From UHGV virus genome UHGV-1367765: DNA of 50,578 nucleotides; one strand, given 5' to 3'. The notes under the pieces were generated by a model that did no database searches, was not told where the DNA came from, and saw only the letters and a program-made list of their open reading frames with translations. The stretch comes from a virus. The position numbers and the translations under genes were made by a program. Below, one piece after another: positions 39,814 to 50,523 of the stretch (position 1 is the stretch's first letter; each line of letters starts with the position of its first letter).

Positions 39814-40312
39814 TCCCCTCCAAAAAACGTCGGTACGCTGATTTGTTTTTTATGTTGCACACTGTCTGCGCACAAACACCAAATTCTTTGGCTATATCTC
39901 TGTATTTGCCTTTTGATTTATATATTGATTTCACTTGTTCTGGCGTTAGTTTGCAGAAGTGATGATTAAACCCATGAACAAGCAATCCGGAATCAAATCC
40001 ATGTTTCGCATTTTCTGTTCGCGTTACCCACTCAAGATTTTCAACTTTATTATTAAGTTTATTTCCATCCTTGTGATTAACTTCCGGTTTGCCATCTGGG
40101 TTATCAATAAATACTTCTGCAACAATTCTGTGAACCATTTTATATGATGGTCTTTTCCCGCCACCTGGATACAGACCGACAAATGCATATCCTCCTGGTT
40201 TAATGCCATGAGATAATTTTTTTGATTTACGGCATGAAATGATGTCTCCATTTTCAGTTACTTTATATATACCCTCAAAGCCGGGGATATCTTTTTCTTT
40301 AACATCACTCAT
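39803..40312 (-). CDS. HNH homing-endonuclease-like protein (NUMOD4 + HNH + C-terminal HTH)
   Basis: IPGFEGIYKVTENGDI (NUMOD4-like), VNHKDGNKLNNKVENLEWVTRTEN (HNH); AT-rich island. Confidence 0.65.
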   Translation of the reverse strand: MSDVKEKDIPGFEGIYKVTENGDIISCRKSKKLSHGIKPGGYAFVGLYPGGGKRPSYKMVHRIVAEVFIDNPDGKPEVNHKDGNKLNNKVENLEWVTRTENAKHGFDSGLLVHGFNHHFCKLTPEQVKSIYKSKGKYRDIAKEFGVCAQTVCNIKNKSAYRRFLEGIDV

Positions 40313-40481
40313 CGTCTTCTTCCTCGTACATTGAGCTATTCGGATCGCTCATCAGTTCTGCGCAGCAGTGCTCACACACGTGAACTTCCAGCACATGCAG
40401 CTTCTGACCGCAGTTAGCGCACGTTAAAGCTCGCTCGACGCTTTCTTTCTGGTATTGAAGGGTTTGTGATGGGCTAAGCAT
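40305..40481 (-). CDS. ninF: NinF (58 aa; not in the supplied ORF track)
   Basis: Own translation [44 protein letters not shown]... matches lambda NinF as recalled; coordinates from manual reading. Confidence 0.55.
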   Translation of the reverse strand: MLSPSQTLQYQKESVERALTCANCGQKLHVLEVHVCEHCCAELMSDPNSSMYEEEDDE

Positions 40482-40863
40482 TATTGACGTCCTGCATCAT
40501 GAGGAAGACAATCATGGCGGCACGGAGTGGATTGTCATATGCGACACCAACATTCGGTCCGGCATCATCAAACAATTCCCTTGCGTTGTCTGTAGCGCAC
40601 GGCATTGAGGGATTGTCTAAAATTATGCTGATGTTGTTTTCAGTGATAATCGGCCATGCGTCTGCTGGGTTTGCGCATGGGTTAAAGGATCCGCGCTCAA
40701 CCTCTACTTCAACTGCGTCTCCGTTTACAATGTCTCCCTCAAATGAGATAAACACCATCGCGCCATTCTCACCTTCTTTGTAATCCGGTGATCCGTTATG
40801 AATGGCTTCGAATACCGCCACGTTAATTTCAAAATCACTTAACTGTGAATAATCCATTGTCAT
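40474..40863 (-). CDS. hypothetical nin-region protein (NinX-like?)
   Basis: Start taken at internal ATG ([12 protein letters not shown]); family uncertain. Confidence 0.35.
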   Translation of the reverse strand: MTMDYSQLSDFEINVAVFEAIHNGSPDYKEGENGAMVFISFEGDIVNGDAVEVEVERGSFNPCANPADAWPIITENNISIILDNPSMPCATDNARELFDDAGPNVGVAYDNPLRAAMIVFLMMQDVNNA

Positions 40864-41036
40864 TTCCTCGCACGATGTCTTAGCCACCGGATATCCCACA
40901 GGTGAGCCGTGTAGTTGAAGGTTTTTACGTCAGATTCTTTTGGGATTGGCTTGCGTTTATTTCTGGAGCGTTTCGTTGGAAGGTATTTGCAGTTTTCGCA
41001 GATGATGTCGGTGATACTTCGTCGCTGTCGCCTCAT
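40860..41036 (-). CDS. ninE: NinE
   Basis: [23 protein letters not shown]...[18 protein letters not shown] matches lambda NinE; AGGAGG RBS. Confidence 0.75.
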   Translation of the reverse strand: MRRQRRSITDIICENCKYLPTKRSRNKRKPIPKESDVKTFNYTAHLWDIRWLRHRARK

Positions 41037-41560
41037 GCCGCCCTCCTGACGCCCTGCCCGATCGCCATCAATGCCGCTTTGGATACGGTAGTAAACATCC
41101 GTCGAGGACTGATGAGCGGGCGCCAAATCAGCAGCATTGAGCCTTTGCTGTTTCCCTTCTTCTCCAGCCCCGTCGATGGTTCGATAAAATTAATCCGTCC
41201 ATCAGTGATGATGCGAACTTCGTCAACGCTCTCCAGAGCCTTGCTGAACCATCCGACTGACATATCCTCTGGCACAAGCATAACTACCGTCTGTCGCTGT
41301 TGTATGCACTGCTCAGCGGCTTTTTCCACCCACGGCCTGATATTGCTGTACGGTTGGTTATTCCAGATTGCACCGTGGCTTACCCACTCAGAATTGAGCG
41401 CGTCGTCGGCCTCAGTTAGCCAGTGAGCACACAGAGCATTTTTGTCGCTCGCTGCCGAATCCAGCCAGAATCCAAACTCAATATCCAGTGCATCAAAAAG
41501 CCAAAGCGGCGTTTGCCAGCAGTCCTTGTCGTGTGCTGGCGTATTTGATTTGATAGTCAT
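41033..41560 (-). CDS. phage DNA N6-adenine methyltransferase (Dam-type)
   Basis: [12 protein letters not shown]...NQPYSN motif pattern of lambdoid-phage Dam methylases. Confidence 0.7.
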   Translation of the reverse strand: MTIKSNTPAHDKDCWQTPLWLFDALDIEFGFWLDSAASDKNALCAHWLTEADDALNSEWVSHGAIWNNQPYSNIRPWVEKAAEQCIQQRQTVVMLVPEDMSVGWFSKALESVDEVRIITDGRINFIEPSTGLEKKGNSKGSMLLIWRPLISPRRMFTTVSKAALMAIGQGVRRAA

Positions 41561-41997
41561 GCAGCCCGATCTCCCCATCTCGCTTTCCACTCCAGAGCCA
41601 GTCTCGCTTCGTCTGACCACTTAACGCCACGCTCTGTACCGAATGCCTGTATAAGCTCTAATAGCTCCGCAAATTCGCTTACACGCATCCTGCTGGTTGA
41701 CTGGCCTATTACCACAAAGCCATTCCCGGCAAGGTTAGGAACAACATCCTGCTGCTTTAATGCTGCGGTAAACACACACTTCCAGCTTTCTGCATCCAGC
41801 CAGCGACCATGCCATTCAACCTGACGAGAGACGTCACCTAAGCAGGCCCATAGCTTCCTGTTTTGGTCTAAGCTGCGGTTGCGTTCCTGAATGGTTACTA
41901 CGATTGGTTTGGTTGGGTCTGGAAGGATTTGCTGTACTGCGTGAATAGCGTTTTGCTGATGTGCTGGAGATCGAATTTCAAAGGTTAGTTTTTTCAT
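41557..41997 (-). CDS. ninB: recombination protein NinB
   Basis: 146 aa, MKKLTFEIRSPAHQQNAIHAVQQILPDPTKPIVVTIQERNRSLDQN matches lambda NinB. Confidence 0.85.
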   Translation of the reverse strand: MKKLTFEIRSPAHQQNAIHAVQQILPDPTKPIVVTIQERNRSLDQNRKLWACLGDVSRQVEWHGRWLDAESWKCVFTAALKQQDVVPNLAGNGFVVIGQSTSRMRVSEFAELLELIQAFGTERGVKWSDEARLALEWKARWGDRAA

Positions 41998-42190
41998 GAC
42001 TTCCCTCTCTAACAGATTTCAGGTTATTCCACTCCGTTACCGCACTGCGATAATTCGCGGCCGCCACAGCAGCGTGGTTAGCGCAGTAGATTTGGCACCC
42101 GTTCTCCATGTCGAATATTGTCGGTGATTTTCCGCATTTACATTTTTTGGCACGCGGTGCGTCTGAACACATTCCGTTAACGGTGTCCAT
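41978..42190 (-). CDS. small Cys-rich hypothetical protein
   Basis: 70 aa with a CxC...C...C pattern; between the helicase and ninB. Confidence 0.35.
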   Translation of the reverse strand: MDTVNGMCSDAPRAKKCKCGKSPTIFDMENGCQIYCANHAAVAAANYRSAVTEWNNLKSVREGSHEKTNL

Positions 42191-42274
42191 CAGGATCCCC
42201 CTCGCTCTTAATCCAATAAAAAAGGGCTACTGTGTAAATAGCCCCTGTTATTATCTCAGTGATGTAGATGGTCA

Positions 42275-43711
42275 TCAGAATCCTCCTTTCTTCTTGGACT
42301 GCGGTTCCTCGCGTTCACGTCGGCGCATTTCAGCAGACTGTTGGTCTGTGTCATAAATAGCGCCATTTGCCTGAATGCAATACACCGTGCCGGTATTGCC
42401 ATGACGATTGAGACGAAGGATTAGTTCGGTTTCACCAGGTGGAACACTGTCATCAAAAGCGCCTTCACGATGGATCCCAACCCAATAATCGCAATCCTGT
42501 TCAATCTGCCCTGTATCTCGTGAGTCACTTGGTAATGGGCGTTTATTGGTTCGGCTTTCCAGTGCGCGGTTAAGCTGCGTCAGAAGCACAACAACGCAAT
42601 CAAGCTCTTTGGCAAGGTTCTTCAGTCCTTTGGTGATCATGCCGTAAGCAAGGTCGTTGCGATCGGCCTTCTCAGCGGTCATTAGTGTCAGGTAATCGAC
42701 CAGAATCATGCCAACACATCCTTTTTCTCGCTTGATTCGACGGCTTTCGCTGACGATTTGAGCCAGAGATAATCCCGGCGTGTCGTCGATGTAAAGCAGG
42801 TCGATTTCACTCAAGCGATTGGCTGTTTCGATCGCCCTGTTGAAGTCACCATCGTAATCACCCTGATAGCCGTCATCAGCGTCATTTGTCGCCGGAAGGT
42901 AAAAAATATTCGGGTTAACACCAGACTTCTGCCCTACCAGTTTTTCCAGTATCTGATCACCTGGCATTTCAAGGCTGAACATCAGAGCGGGCTTTTTCTC
43001 ATGCACTGCGCAGTTGATTGCCATCTGGCTGTATAGCGTCGTTTTCCCCATCTTAGGGCGAGCGCCAATGACGAACAGAGAGCCTTTCACCAGACCTTTC
43101 GGTGACAGCATCCTGTCCAGCGATGGTATTCCTGTGCTCATTCCTCGTTGTTCACCTGACGGGTCAAATCGCTTCTCAAGGTCGCTAACCCAGTCTTCCA
43201 TGACCTCACCAAATGAGCGAAGGCCGCGACGCGATCCGGTTTTTGCATGGTCTGTCAGTTGCGTGAAAATCGACTGAATAGCTTCGTACTTCTGTGTTGC
43301 AGTCATTCCGTTGCGGGAATAGAGCAATTCCGTCGCTTCAGTCATGCGGTTGATGGCGTAGCGTTCCATTGCGGTTTCACGAACCTGCATTGCATAGGCA
43401 ACGATGTTTGCTGCGCTTGGCGTGTTCTTTGCGATCTCAGCGATATAAGCAAAACCGCCAACAGACGCCGTTAACGATTTACGCTCCAGTTCATCGAAAA
43501 GCGTCAGGCCATCTACTGGCTTTTGCTCCCGGTGCATTCTGGTTATTTCTTCGAAAAGGATTTTGTGTGGTCGGCTGTAAAATGAGTCAGGCTTCAGCAT
43601 CGCCAGAACCTTCTGGACGCGCTCACTGCTGTCATCATCCAGAAGCAATCCACCAATCACCGCCTGCTCTGCCTCGATGCTATGGGGCGGCGCATAAAAA
43701 TTATCGGTCAT
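42275..43711 (-). CDS. replicative DNA helicase (DnaB-like)
   Basis: Walker A GARPKMGKT and DnaB-type N-terminal domain; downstream of the O-like initiator. Confidence 0.8.
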   Translation of the reverse strand: MTDNFYAPPHSIEAEQAVIGGLLLDDDSSERVQKVLAMLKPDSFYSRPHKILFEEITRMHREQKPVDGLTLFDELERKSLTASVGGFAYIAEIAKNTPSAANIVAYAMQVRETAMERYAINRMTEATELLYSRNGMTATQKYEAIQSIFTQLTDHAKTGSRRGLRSFGEVMEDWVSDLEKRFDPSGEQRGMSTGIPSLDRMLSPKGLVKGSLFVIGARPKMGKTTLYSQMAINCAVHEKKPALMFSLEMPGDQILEKLVGQKSGVNPNIFYLPATNDADDGYQGDYDGDFNRAIETANRLSEIDLLYIDDTPGLSLAQIVSESRRIKREKGCVGMILVDYLTLMTAEKADRNDLAYGMITKGLKNLAKELDCVVVLLTQLNRALESRTNKRPLPSDSRDTGQIEQDCDYWVGIHREGAFDDSVPPGETELILRLNRHGNTGTVYCIQANGAIYDTDQQSAEMRRREREEPQSKKKGGF

Positions 43712-44591
43712 CGTGTTCACCCTCACGAACTTTCAGGTAGGTATTATCGTTAAGCAGGAAATCAAATCCCTTTTTGTGCCAGACGGTTCCGCGCTGATGG
43801 TTTGGGCGCTCTTCGAACATCCATCGGCAATTTTCGCCTACGTAGCTCAAATAATTTCTCCAGTCCTGCATCGTGAAACCATGCCCGTCAAGCTGTCGGG
43901 TTATCACTCCGGCTTTGCGCCAGAACGTTCGGATCTGGTTTTTACGCTTGTCATTCAGTGCGCGGATTCTTGGCGCTTCAGGAAGGATTTCGTGGTAAGC
44001 ATCGACAACATCCTGACAGCTAACGGAAGGTTTTTTCTTGTCAGACTTTTTGTCTGCTGTGGCACTCTCTAATACGTCAGTATTAGAGATATTATTTATA
44101 TTATTGTTTATGGACAACCGTTGGACAACCGTTGGACAATCTCCGCTGAGAGCCGCGCCATTACTGGTGTTTGCGTTGGACAACCGTTGGACAACCGTTG
44201 GACAATTTTTTGCCTGAAAATCGTCATATTTAACGATTGTAAACAGGCTAAATTTCTTCCCCATCGAGCAAATATTAAGCATACCTTTCGACTCAAAAGT
44301 CCGTAATAAGCTCCGAACTTTGTTGTCGGGGATGAATGTTTCTCTGACCAGCGACGGGCGTCCAGTTATCATCTGACCGCGATCAACAGTTATCGGACCG
44401 ATATCCGTATTGACGACAGTAGATTCGTGATTAGCCTTGAGGATTAAGTGAAGCCAAAGATGTACTGCCTGAGAGTCCTTATAGAGCCTGCTGTCCATAA
44501 ACTGGCGGTGTATAGAGACATACCCCATACTGGATGCCTCCTGATGTTGTACAGGGTTATGCCTGTAATCAGCTAATTTAACGACGCCCAT
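43701..44591 (-). CDS. replication initiator (O-like) with internal origin iterons
   Basis: Central repeat-encoded segment (CPTVVQRLS... twice); sits immediately upstream of the helicase as in lambdoid phages. Confidence 0.7.
   Translation of the reverse strand: MGVVKLADYRHNPVQHQEASSMGYVSIHRQFMDSRLYKDSQAVHLWLHLILKANHESTVVNTDIGPITVDRGQMITGRPSLVRETFIPDNKVRSLLRTFESKGMLNICSMGKKFSLFTIVKYDDFQAKNCPTVVQRLSNANTSNGAALSGDCPTVVQRLSINNNINNISNTDVLESATADKKSDKKKPSVSCQDVVDAYHEILPEAPRIRALNDKRKNQIRTFWRKAGVITRQLDGHGFTMQDWRNYLSYVGENCRWMFEERPNHQRGTVWHKKGFDFLLNDNTYLKVREGEHDDR
44110..44205. repeat. origin iterons: two clusters of tandem CCGTTGGACAA repeats inside the O-like gene
   Basis: Direct repeats GGACAACCGTTGGACAACCGTTGGACAAT occur twice about 50 bp apart. 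Confidence 0.6.
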
Positions 44592-44739
44592 GTTTCACTC
44601 CTGCTTTGGCTAGTCTGTAAACACCAACAAGGCGCTCTGCGAACGCCCTGTTATTTGCTGCGGCTACCACTAATCCCTCAGGTGAATCAGGGTGTCGAAT
44701 CTCTTCTTTTTCCTGGTATTTCTTACGACGTTTTGTCAT
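44578..44739 (-). CDS. small basic protein (53 aa; not in the supplied ORF track)
   Basis: ATG with CAGGAG RBS between cII and O; overlaps the O start by 14 nt. Confidence 0.35.
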   Translation of the reverse strand: MTKRRKKYQEKEEIRHPDSPEGLVVAAANNRAFAERLVGVYRLAKAGVKHGRR

Positions 44740-44773
44740 AATTACTCCTGTGGATTGATCCAGTCTTTCTACA

Positions 44774-45052
44774 TTAGGCCTCGAAGAATTCGCCGTTCTT
44801 CGGGGCTTTTTCTTTTGTCAGCATTCTGGCTACTTGCTTAGCCAGTTCCGCCAACTCCTCGTCTTCAACACCCCATTCAAGAACAGCCAGAAGCATTCCC
44901 ATTTTGGGGATGAAGCTGTCTTTCCATCGCGAAATTTGCGATTCATTAATCCCTAACGCGTCGGCCACCTTTCGCTGACCACGTACAGCAATTCGATTCA
45001 GGATGTTGCTTGTAATTGCATTCGCTTTCTTGCGAGTACTTGTAAGTTGCAT
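44774..45052 (-). CDS. cII: CII-like transcriptional activator
   Basis: GINESQISRWKDSFIPKMGMLLAVLEWGVED matches the lambda CII core. Confidence 0.75.
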   Translation of the reverse strand: MQLTSTRKKANAITSNILNRIAVRGQRKVADALGINESQISRWKDSFIPKMGMLLAVLEWGVEDEELAELAKQVARMLTKEKAPKNGEFFEA

Positions 45053-45121
45053 ATGTAAGTATTTCCTTAGATAACAATTGATTGAATGTATGCAAATAAA
45101 TGCATACACCATAGGTGTGGT

Positions 45122-45153
45122 TTAATTTGATGCCCTTTTTCAGGGCTGGGATG
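45122..45153 (-). promoter_or_regulatory. nutR (boxA CGCTCTTAC plus boxB GCCCTGAAAAAGGGC)
   Basis: Canonical lambda nutR boxA and boxB on the minus strand directly downstream of cro. Confidence 0.65.
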
Positions 45154-45171
45154 TGTAAGAGCGGGAATGTC

Positions 45172-46524
<1,353 letters not shown>

Positions 46525-46573
46525 TCCCCACCTCAATCTCAGTAACCCAAAAACAAACTATTTTCCGTTTAAA

Positions 46574-46641
46574 AACAATGGAGTTTGTTTTTTGCACCTC
46601 CATTTACAATATTTCTTGTTTACAACATACAATCTTTCTTG
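46574..46641. promoter_or_regulatory. OL operators (three ACAA-N6-TTGT sites) with pL
   Basis: ACAATGGAGTTTGT, ACAATATTTCTTGT and ACAATCTTTCTTGT. Confidence 0.7.
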
Positions 46642-46686
46642 TAATTTTAAGCCATCAGCAGGACGCACTAACCACCATGAAGGTGA

Positions 46687-46717
46687 CGCTCTTAAAAATT
46701 AAGCCCTGAAGAAGGGC
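46687..46717 (+). promoter_or_regulatory. nutL (boxA CGCTCTTAA plus boxB GCCCTGAAGAAGGGC)
   Basis: Canonical boxA and boxB hairpin upstream of N. Confidence 0.7.
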
Positions 46718-46985
46718 AGCATTCAAAGCAGAAAGCTTTGGGGTGTGGTGAAGCCAGCTAGTCACTGGCAAGTGCTTACCTACTGTTGAGCGGTGAAGCG
46801 CTCCCAACGCTAGCAATAGCGTGGACGAGATGGGGAGCCGCGGGCGATAAGGCCGCCATAACGCGCACGTTGTCGCATGGAAAAATCGCTGGGGTGCCGG
46901 TTATACCCCTCCGAATGAGACTCAACAAGCTGGAGCTAGACTACCAGCCACCACACCACCAAAGCTAACTGACAGGAGAATCCAG

Positions 46986-47312
46986 ATGGATGCACAAACA
47001 CGCCGCCGCGAACGTCGCGCAGAGAAACAGGCTCAATGGAAAGCAGCAAATCCCCTGTTGGTTGGGGTAAGCGCAAAACCAGTTAACCGCCCTATTCTCT
47101 CGCTGAATCGCAAACCGAAATCACGAGTAGACAGCGCACTGAATCCGATAGACCTTACGGTGCTGGCTGAATACCACGAACAGATTGAAAGCAACCTGCA
47201 ACGTATTGAACGCAAGAATCAGCGCACATGGTACAGCAAGCCACGCAGTGAAATGGGTGTGACTTGTGTTGGTCGCCAGAAAATGAAATTAGGTAGCAAA
47301 CCACTTATTTGA
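46986..47312 (+). CDS. N: antiterminator N
   Basis: MDAQTRRRERRAEKQAQWKAANPLLVGVSAKPVNRP... matches lambda N (arginine-rich motif). Confidence 0.85.
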   Translation: MDAQTRRRERRAEKQAQWKAANPLLVGVSAKPVNRPILSLNRKPKSRVDSALNPIDLTVLAEYHEQIESNLQRIERKNQRTWYSKPRSEMGVTCVGRQKMKLGSKPLI

Positions 47313-47320
47313 GGTGAGAT

Positions 47321-47572
47321 ATGGAATTTCATGAAAGTGCGATTTGTGATTTTCGCGCTAACGCAAATTCAGTAAAACCACAGCCAATTGCAGTTCTTTT
47401 TAAAACAATGGGTGCGTGGGCTGTTTTATGCTTCGCCGCTGATGACACTGACGCAAGAATGGCAATAGGCCAAGAGATGGAGATGGACCCGACAAACGAT
47501 GAATTCATAATTTATGGCGCTCCATCTAATTACTTACTTGATACCTGCAACATTTACAATAAGGCTGCCTGA
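47321..47572 (+). CDS. hypothetical early protein (83 aa)
   Basis: GAGGTGAG RBS; first gene after N. Confidence 0.45.
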   Translation: MEFHESAICDFRANANSVKPQPIAVLFKTMGAWAVLCFAADDTDARMAIGQEMEMDPTNDEFIIYGAPSNYLLDTCNIYNKAA

Positions 47573-47743
47573 TGGTGGCCTTTATTTTTGGCCGTAAATA
47601 ATAGAGGTGAAGATGAACGCAGTTGAATTTACAAAATGGATGGCAGAGCAAGATATCACAGGAGCCGACGAAAAGGCTGTGTACTACATGGCTCTGCTAT
47701 GGATTCACAAAGCAAAAGAGGCTGCAAATGCTCTTGGAGGTGA

Positions 47744-47935
47744 GTGATGAAAGTAAAAATAACTGCTTCTAATACCAGTTTTATTAGTGTTGGTGATATT
47801 ACAGAAGTAATAACAAACCATGATGGAACACAAGTTATGTGGTCTGATTTTTGTAAAAGATATGAGCGAGTTAGTTGGTGTAAAAACGTATGGGGAGTCG
47901 AATACGAAGAATTACCTGAAATGCATGACGAATAA
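47744..47935 (+). CDS. hypothetical early protein (63 aa)
   Basis: ORF in the pL operon overlapping the stop of a small unlisted upstream ORF. Confidence 0.35.
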   Translation: MMKVKITASNTSFISVGDITEVITNHDGTQVMWSDFCKRYERVSWCKNVWGVEYEELPEMHDE

Positions 47936-48030
47936 GCACTGTGTATTCATTCCAACGAGTGAATACACGGAGCAATGTCGCTCGTAACTAAACAGGAGCC
48001 GACTTGTTCTGATTATTGGAAATCTTCTTT

Positions 48031-48058
48031 GCCCTCCAGTGTGAGGGCAGTTTTTTTT
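48031..48058 (+). terminator. Rho-independent terminator (tL-like)
   Basis: GCCCTC-cagtgt-GAGGGC followed by a run of 8 T. Confidence 0.6.
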
Positions 48059-48071
48059 GACGGAGTAAACG

Positions 48072-48320
48072 ATGATAAAAACTGATTACCCTGCAGATCT
48101 TAAACAAAAAGTAATAACAGCAATTAAATGCTCTTTTATCTCATGTCGTACAGATGAAGAACGATATGTCGTTGAGTGTGCAATTGTCGAGTTTCTCACA
48201 GCGATGGAATTTACCGCTGCAGAATCAATAGATGTATTAAAGCAATCAGACGGAAATGATATTGAAACGGATGATGTTATTGACCGACTAATAAAATCAT
48301 TCGAAGAAGAAATAGAGTAG
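48072..48320 (+). CDS. acidic hypothetical early protein (82 aa)
   Basis: ORF after the terminator; acidic C-terminus. Confidence 0.4.
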   Translation: MIKTDYPADLKQKVITAIKCSFISCRTDEERYVVECAIVEFLTAMEFTAAESIDVLKQSDGNDIETDDVIDRLIKSFEEEIE

Positions 48321-48403
48321 CCGCCTGAGCGCGGCTTTACCGCATACCAATAATGCTTCACGAGAGGCATTTTCGTTATGCAATCAAATATAAGGAGTTA
48401 CCC

Positions 48404-48538
48404 ATGATGCACTTTCAGCTCGCGGGTAGCGGCGTCATGTCCGCTTTCTACCCGCACGAATCTGAATTATCACGCCGAGTTAAACAATTAATCAGAGCAG
48501 CAAAGAAACAACTGGAGGCGTTATGCGCAATGAAATAG
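48404..48538 (+). CDS. CIII-like protein (protease-inhibitor regulator of CII)
   Basis: AAGGAG RBS; short protein with an amphipathic helix (SELSRRVKQLIRAAKKQLEA) in the cIII position. Confidence 0.4.
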   Translation: MMHFQLAGSGVMSAFYPHESELSRRVKQLIRAAKKQLEALCAMK

Positions 48539-48931
48539 CCATCAATCACCAGATGCTTCGTGCTGCACAGAACAAAGCAGTAATAGCCAGATTTATTGGT
48601 GATTCCAAAATGTGGCTTGAAGCAAATAAAGCGATGAAATCAGCTATCAACCTTCCGTGGTATCGCAGGAAATGAGTTTTACAGATAACTGGTCAGACGA
48701 AGAATTCATTCGTCAGATGAAAGAATTAATCGGTAACGAAGGAGATATTCATGTCACTTGCAACCACAGTGAAGGAGAGCAAGTTACAGAGGCGCATGTA
48801 CACGCAGAAAGCTCTCTGGTATCGCCATAATGGTGACCGCGAAGGAATGCGGGTATGCCTTAACTTGTCCCGAGTCGAAGTATTAAATCAGCGTTATTTC
48901 CTTGGGCCGTGTCCATTCTGAGAACAATCAT

Positions 48932-49537
48932 ATGAGCAAAGAATTTTACGCAAGACTGGCAGCTATTCAGGAGAATCTGAACGCGCCAAAGAATCAGTAC
49001 AACTCATTCGGTAAATATAAATACAGAAGCTGCGAAGACATTCTTGAAGGCGTTAAGCCGTTACTGAATGGCCTGTTTTTATCAATCAGCGATGAAGTTG
49101 TGTTGATTGGTGATCGGTATTACGTGAAAGCCACGGCAACTATTACCGATGGCGAAAACAGCCATACGGCAACCGCTCTTGCACGAGAGGAAGAAAGCAA
49201 GAAAGGAATGGATTCTGCACAAGTTACGGGAGCTACAAGCTCTTATGCACGCAAGTATTGCCTCAATGGTTTGTTCGGCATTGATGATGCGAAAGATGCA
49301 GATACAGACGAGCATAAACATCAGCAGAACGCAGCAGCAAAGCAATCAAAACCATCACCTACATCTGAACAGGTTCTAAAAGCATTCACTGACGCAGCAA
49401 TGCAGAAAAACACCGTGGAAGATCTTAAACAGGCGTTCGCCAAAGCGTGGAAGATGCTCGAAGGCACACCGGAGCAGCACAAAGCGCAGGACGTTTACAA
49501 CATCAGACGAGACGAATTAGAAGGAGCGTCTGCTTAA
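48932..49537 (+). CDS. erf: Erf single-strand annealing recombinase (P22 Erf type)
   Basis: MSKEFYARLAAIQENLNAPKNQYNSFGKYKYRSCEDILEG... matches P22 Erf as recalled. Confidence 0.85.
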   Translation: MSKEFYARLAAIQENLNAPKNQYNSFGKYKYRSCEDILEGVKPLLNGLFLSISDEVVLIGDRYYVKATATITDGENSHTATALAREEESKKGMDSAQVTGATSSYARKYCLNGLFGIDDAKDADTDEHKHQQNAAAKQSKPSPTSEQVLKAFTDAAMQKNTVEDLKQAFAKAWKMLEGTPEQHKAQDVYNIRRDELEGASA

Positions 49538-49920
49538 TGGCACATTCGATTACTGTAAGACTAAACAAGCCCGCAAGAGAGTTTCAGGCCGGGGAAAATA
49601 TCGGATTCAACATCCGTGCTGGCGTTCAGTATTACGATCGCCAGACAAAAAAGAAAGAATGGACAAACTACAGCGCCGTTGTATTTGCCAAGCCGGGAGC
49701 GCAAGCGGATTACTACCGTAGCGTTCTTGTTGAAGGTGGCATTGTGGAAATTACCGGAGAAAACATCAGGGTTGATGTTTATCAGGGGCAAAATGGTCAA
49801 TCAATCACTCTTGAATTACTGAATGCAAAGATTGGATTTGCAGCTTCAGGAAATGGCCCGCAGCAGCAAAGTAGTAACCAGCAGAACACTCCTGTATACG
49901 ACGATTCCATCCCATTCTGA
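49537..49920 (+). CDS. ssb: phage single-stranded DNA-binding protein
   Basis: OB-fold-like N-terminus and acidic C-terminal tail ending DDSIPF; start overlaps the erf stop (TAATG). Confidence 0.7.
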   Translation: MAHSITVRLNKPAREFQAGENIGFNIRAGVQYYDRQTKKKEWTNYSAVVFAKPGAQADYYRSVLVEGGIVEITGENIRVDVYQGQNGQSITLELLNAKIGFAASGNGPQQQSSNQQNTPVYDDSIPF

Positions 49921-49943
49921 TTCAGAAAAATAAGGATTTAATC

Positions 49944-50240
49944 ATGCCAGCGCCTCTGTATGGTGCGGATGACCCGCGCCGCTGTTCCGGCAATTCCGTA
50001 TCGGAGGTGCTGGATAAATTCAGAAAAAACTACGATCGGATAATGTCGCTACCGCAGGAAACGAAAGAGGAAAAGGAATTTCGCCATTGTATATGGCTTG
50101 CAGAGAAAGAAGAGCGCGAGCGAATTTACCAGACATCAATCCGACCATTCCGCAAAGCAACATATACCCACTTCCCTGAATATATCGACCAGCGCCTGCG
50201 TAATTACCGCTCACGTTATGGCGCTATCAGTAATGACTGA
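49944..50240 (+). CDS. hypothetical early protein (98 aa)
   Basis: AAGGA RBS; downstream of ssb. Confidence 0.45.
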   Translation: MPAPLYGADDPRRCSGNSVSEVLDKFRKNYDRIMSLPQETKEEKEFRHCIWLAEKEERERIYQTSIRPFRKATYTHFPEYIDQRLRNYRSRYGAISND

Positions 50241-50250
50241 GGAATTAACA

Positions 50251-50523
50251 ATGAAAACAATGAAGCTAAACATCGACCTCGGCAAATACGTTATTACCGG
50301 AACCAAACACGACCTGATTCTTAGCGAAAGAGGAATTATCAAAGAAGGTGAGAATGCAGGGAAAGAAACACTAAGCCGTATCGGTTATTACAGCAAGTTT
50401 GAGCATCTGGTTAAAGAGTTATGCAACCGTGAAATCCTGTTATCTCAGGCGCAGACGCTACAGGATATTCAGCAGCACATCGAGACATTAGGTGTGTCAC
50501 TTAGCATGGCTATTGACCAGTTC
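50251..50523 (+). pseudogene. early gene truncated at its 3' end by IS1
   Basis: ATG with GAGGA RBS; frame stays open to the IS1 junction at 50524; not listed in the ORF track. Confidence 0.5.

Noticed and set aside
44108-44306. Two short ORFs over the B origin iterons
   Set aside because: They are repeat-driven frames inside the O-like gene; the iterons explain the signal.
46786-46968. 60-aa ORF between nutL and N
   Set aside because: Falls in the N leader region, which is non-coding in lambdoid phages, and has no RBS.
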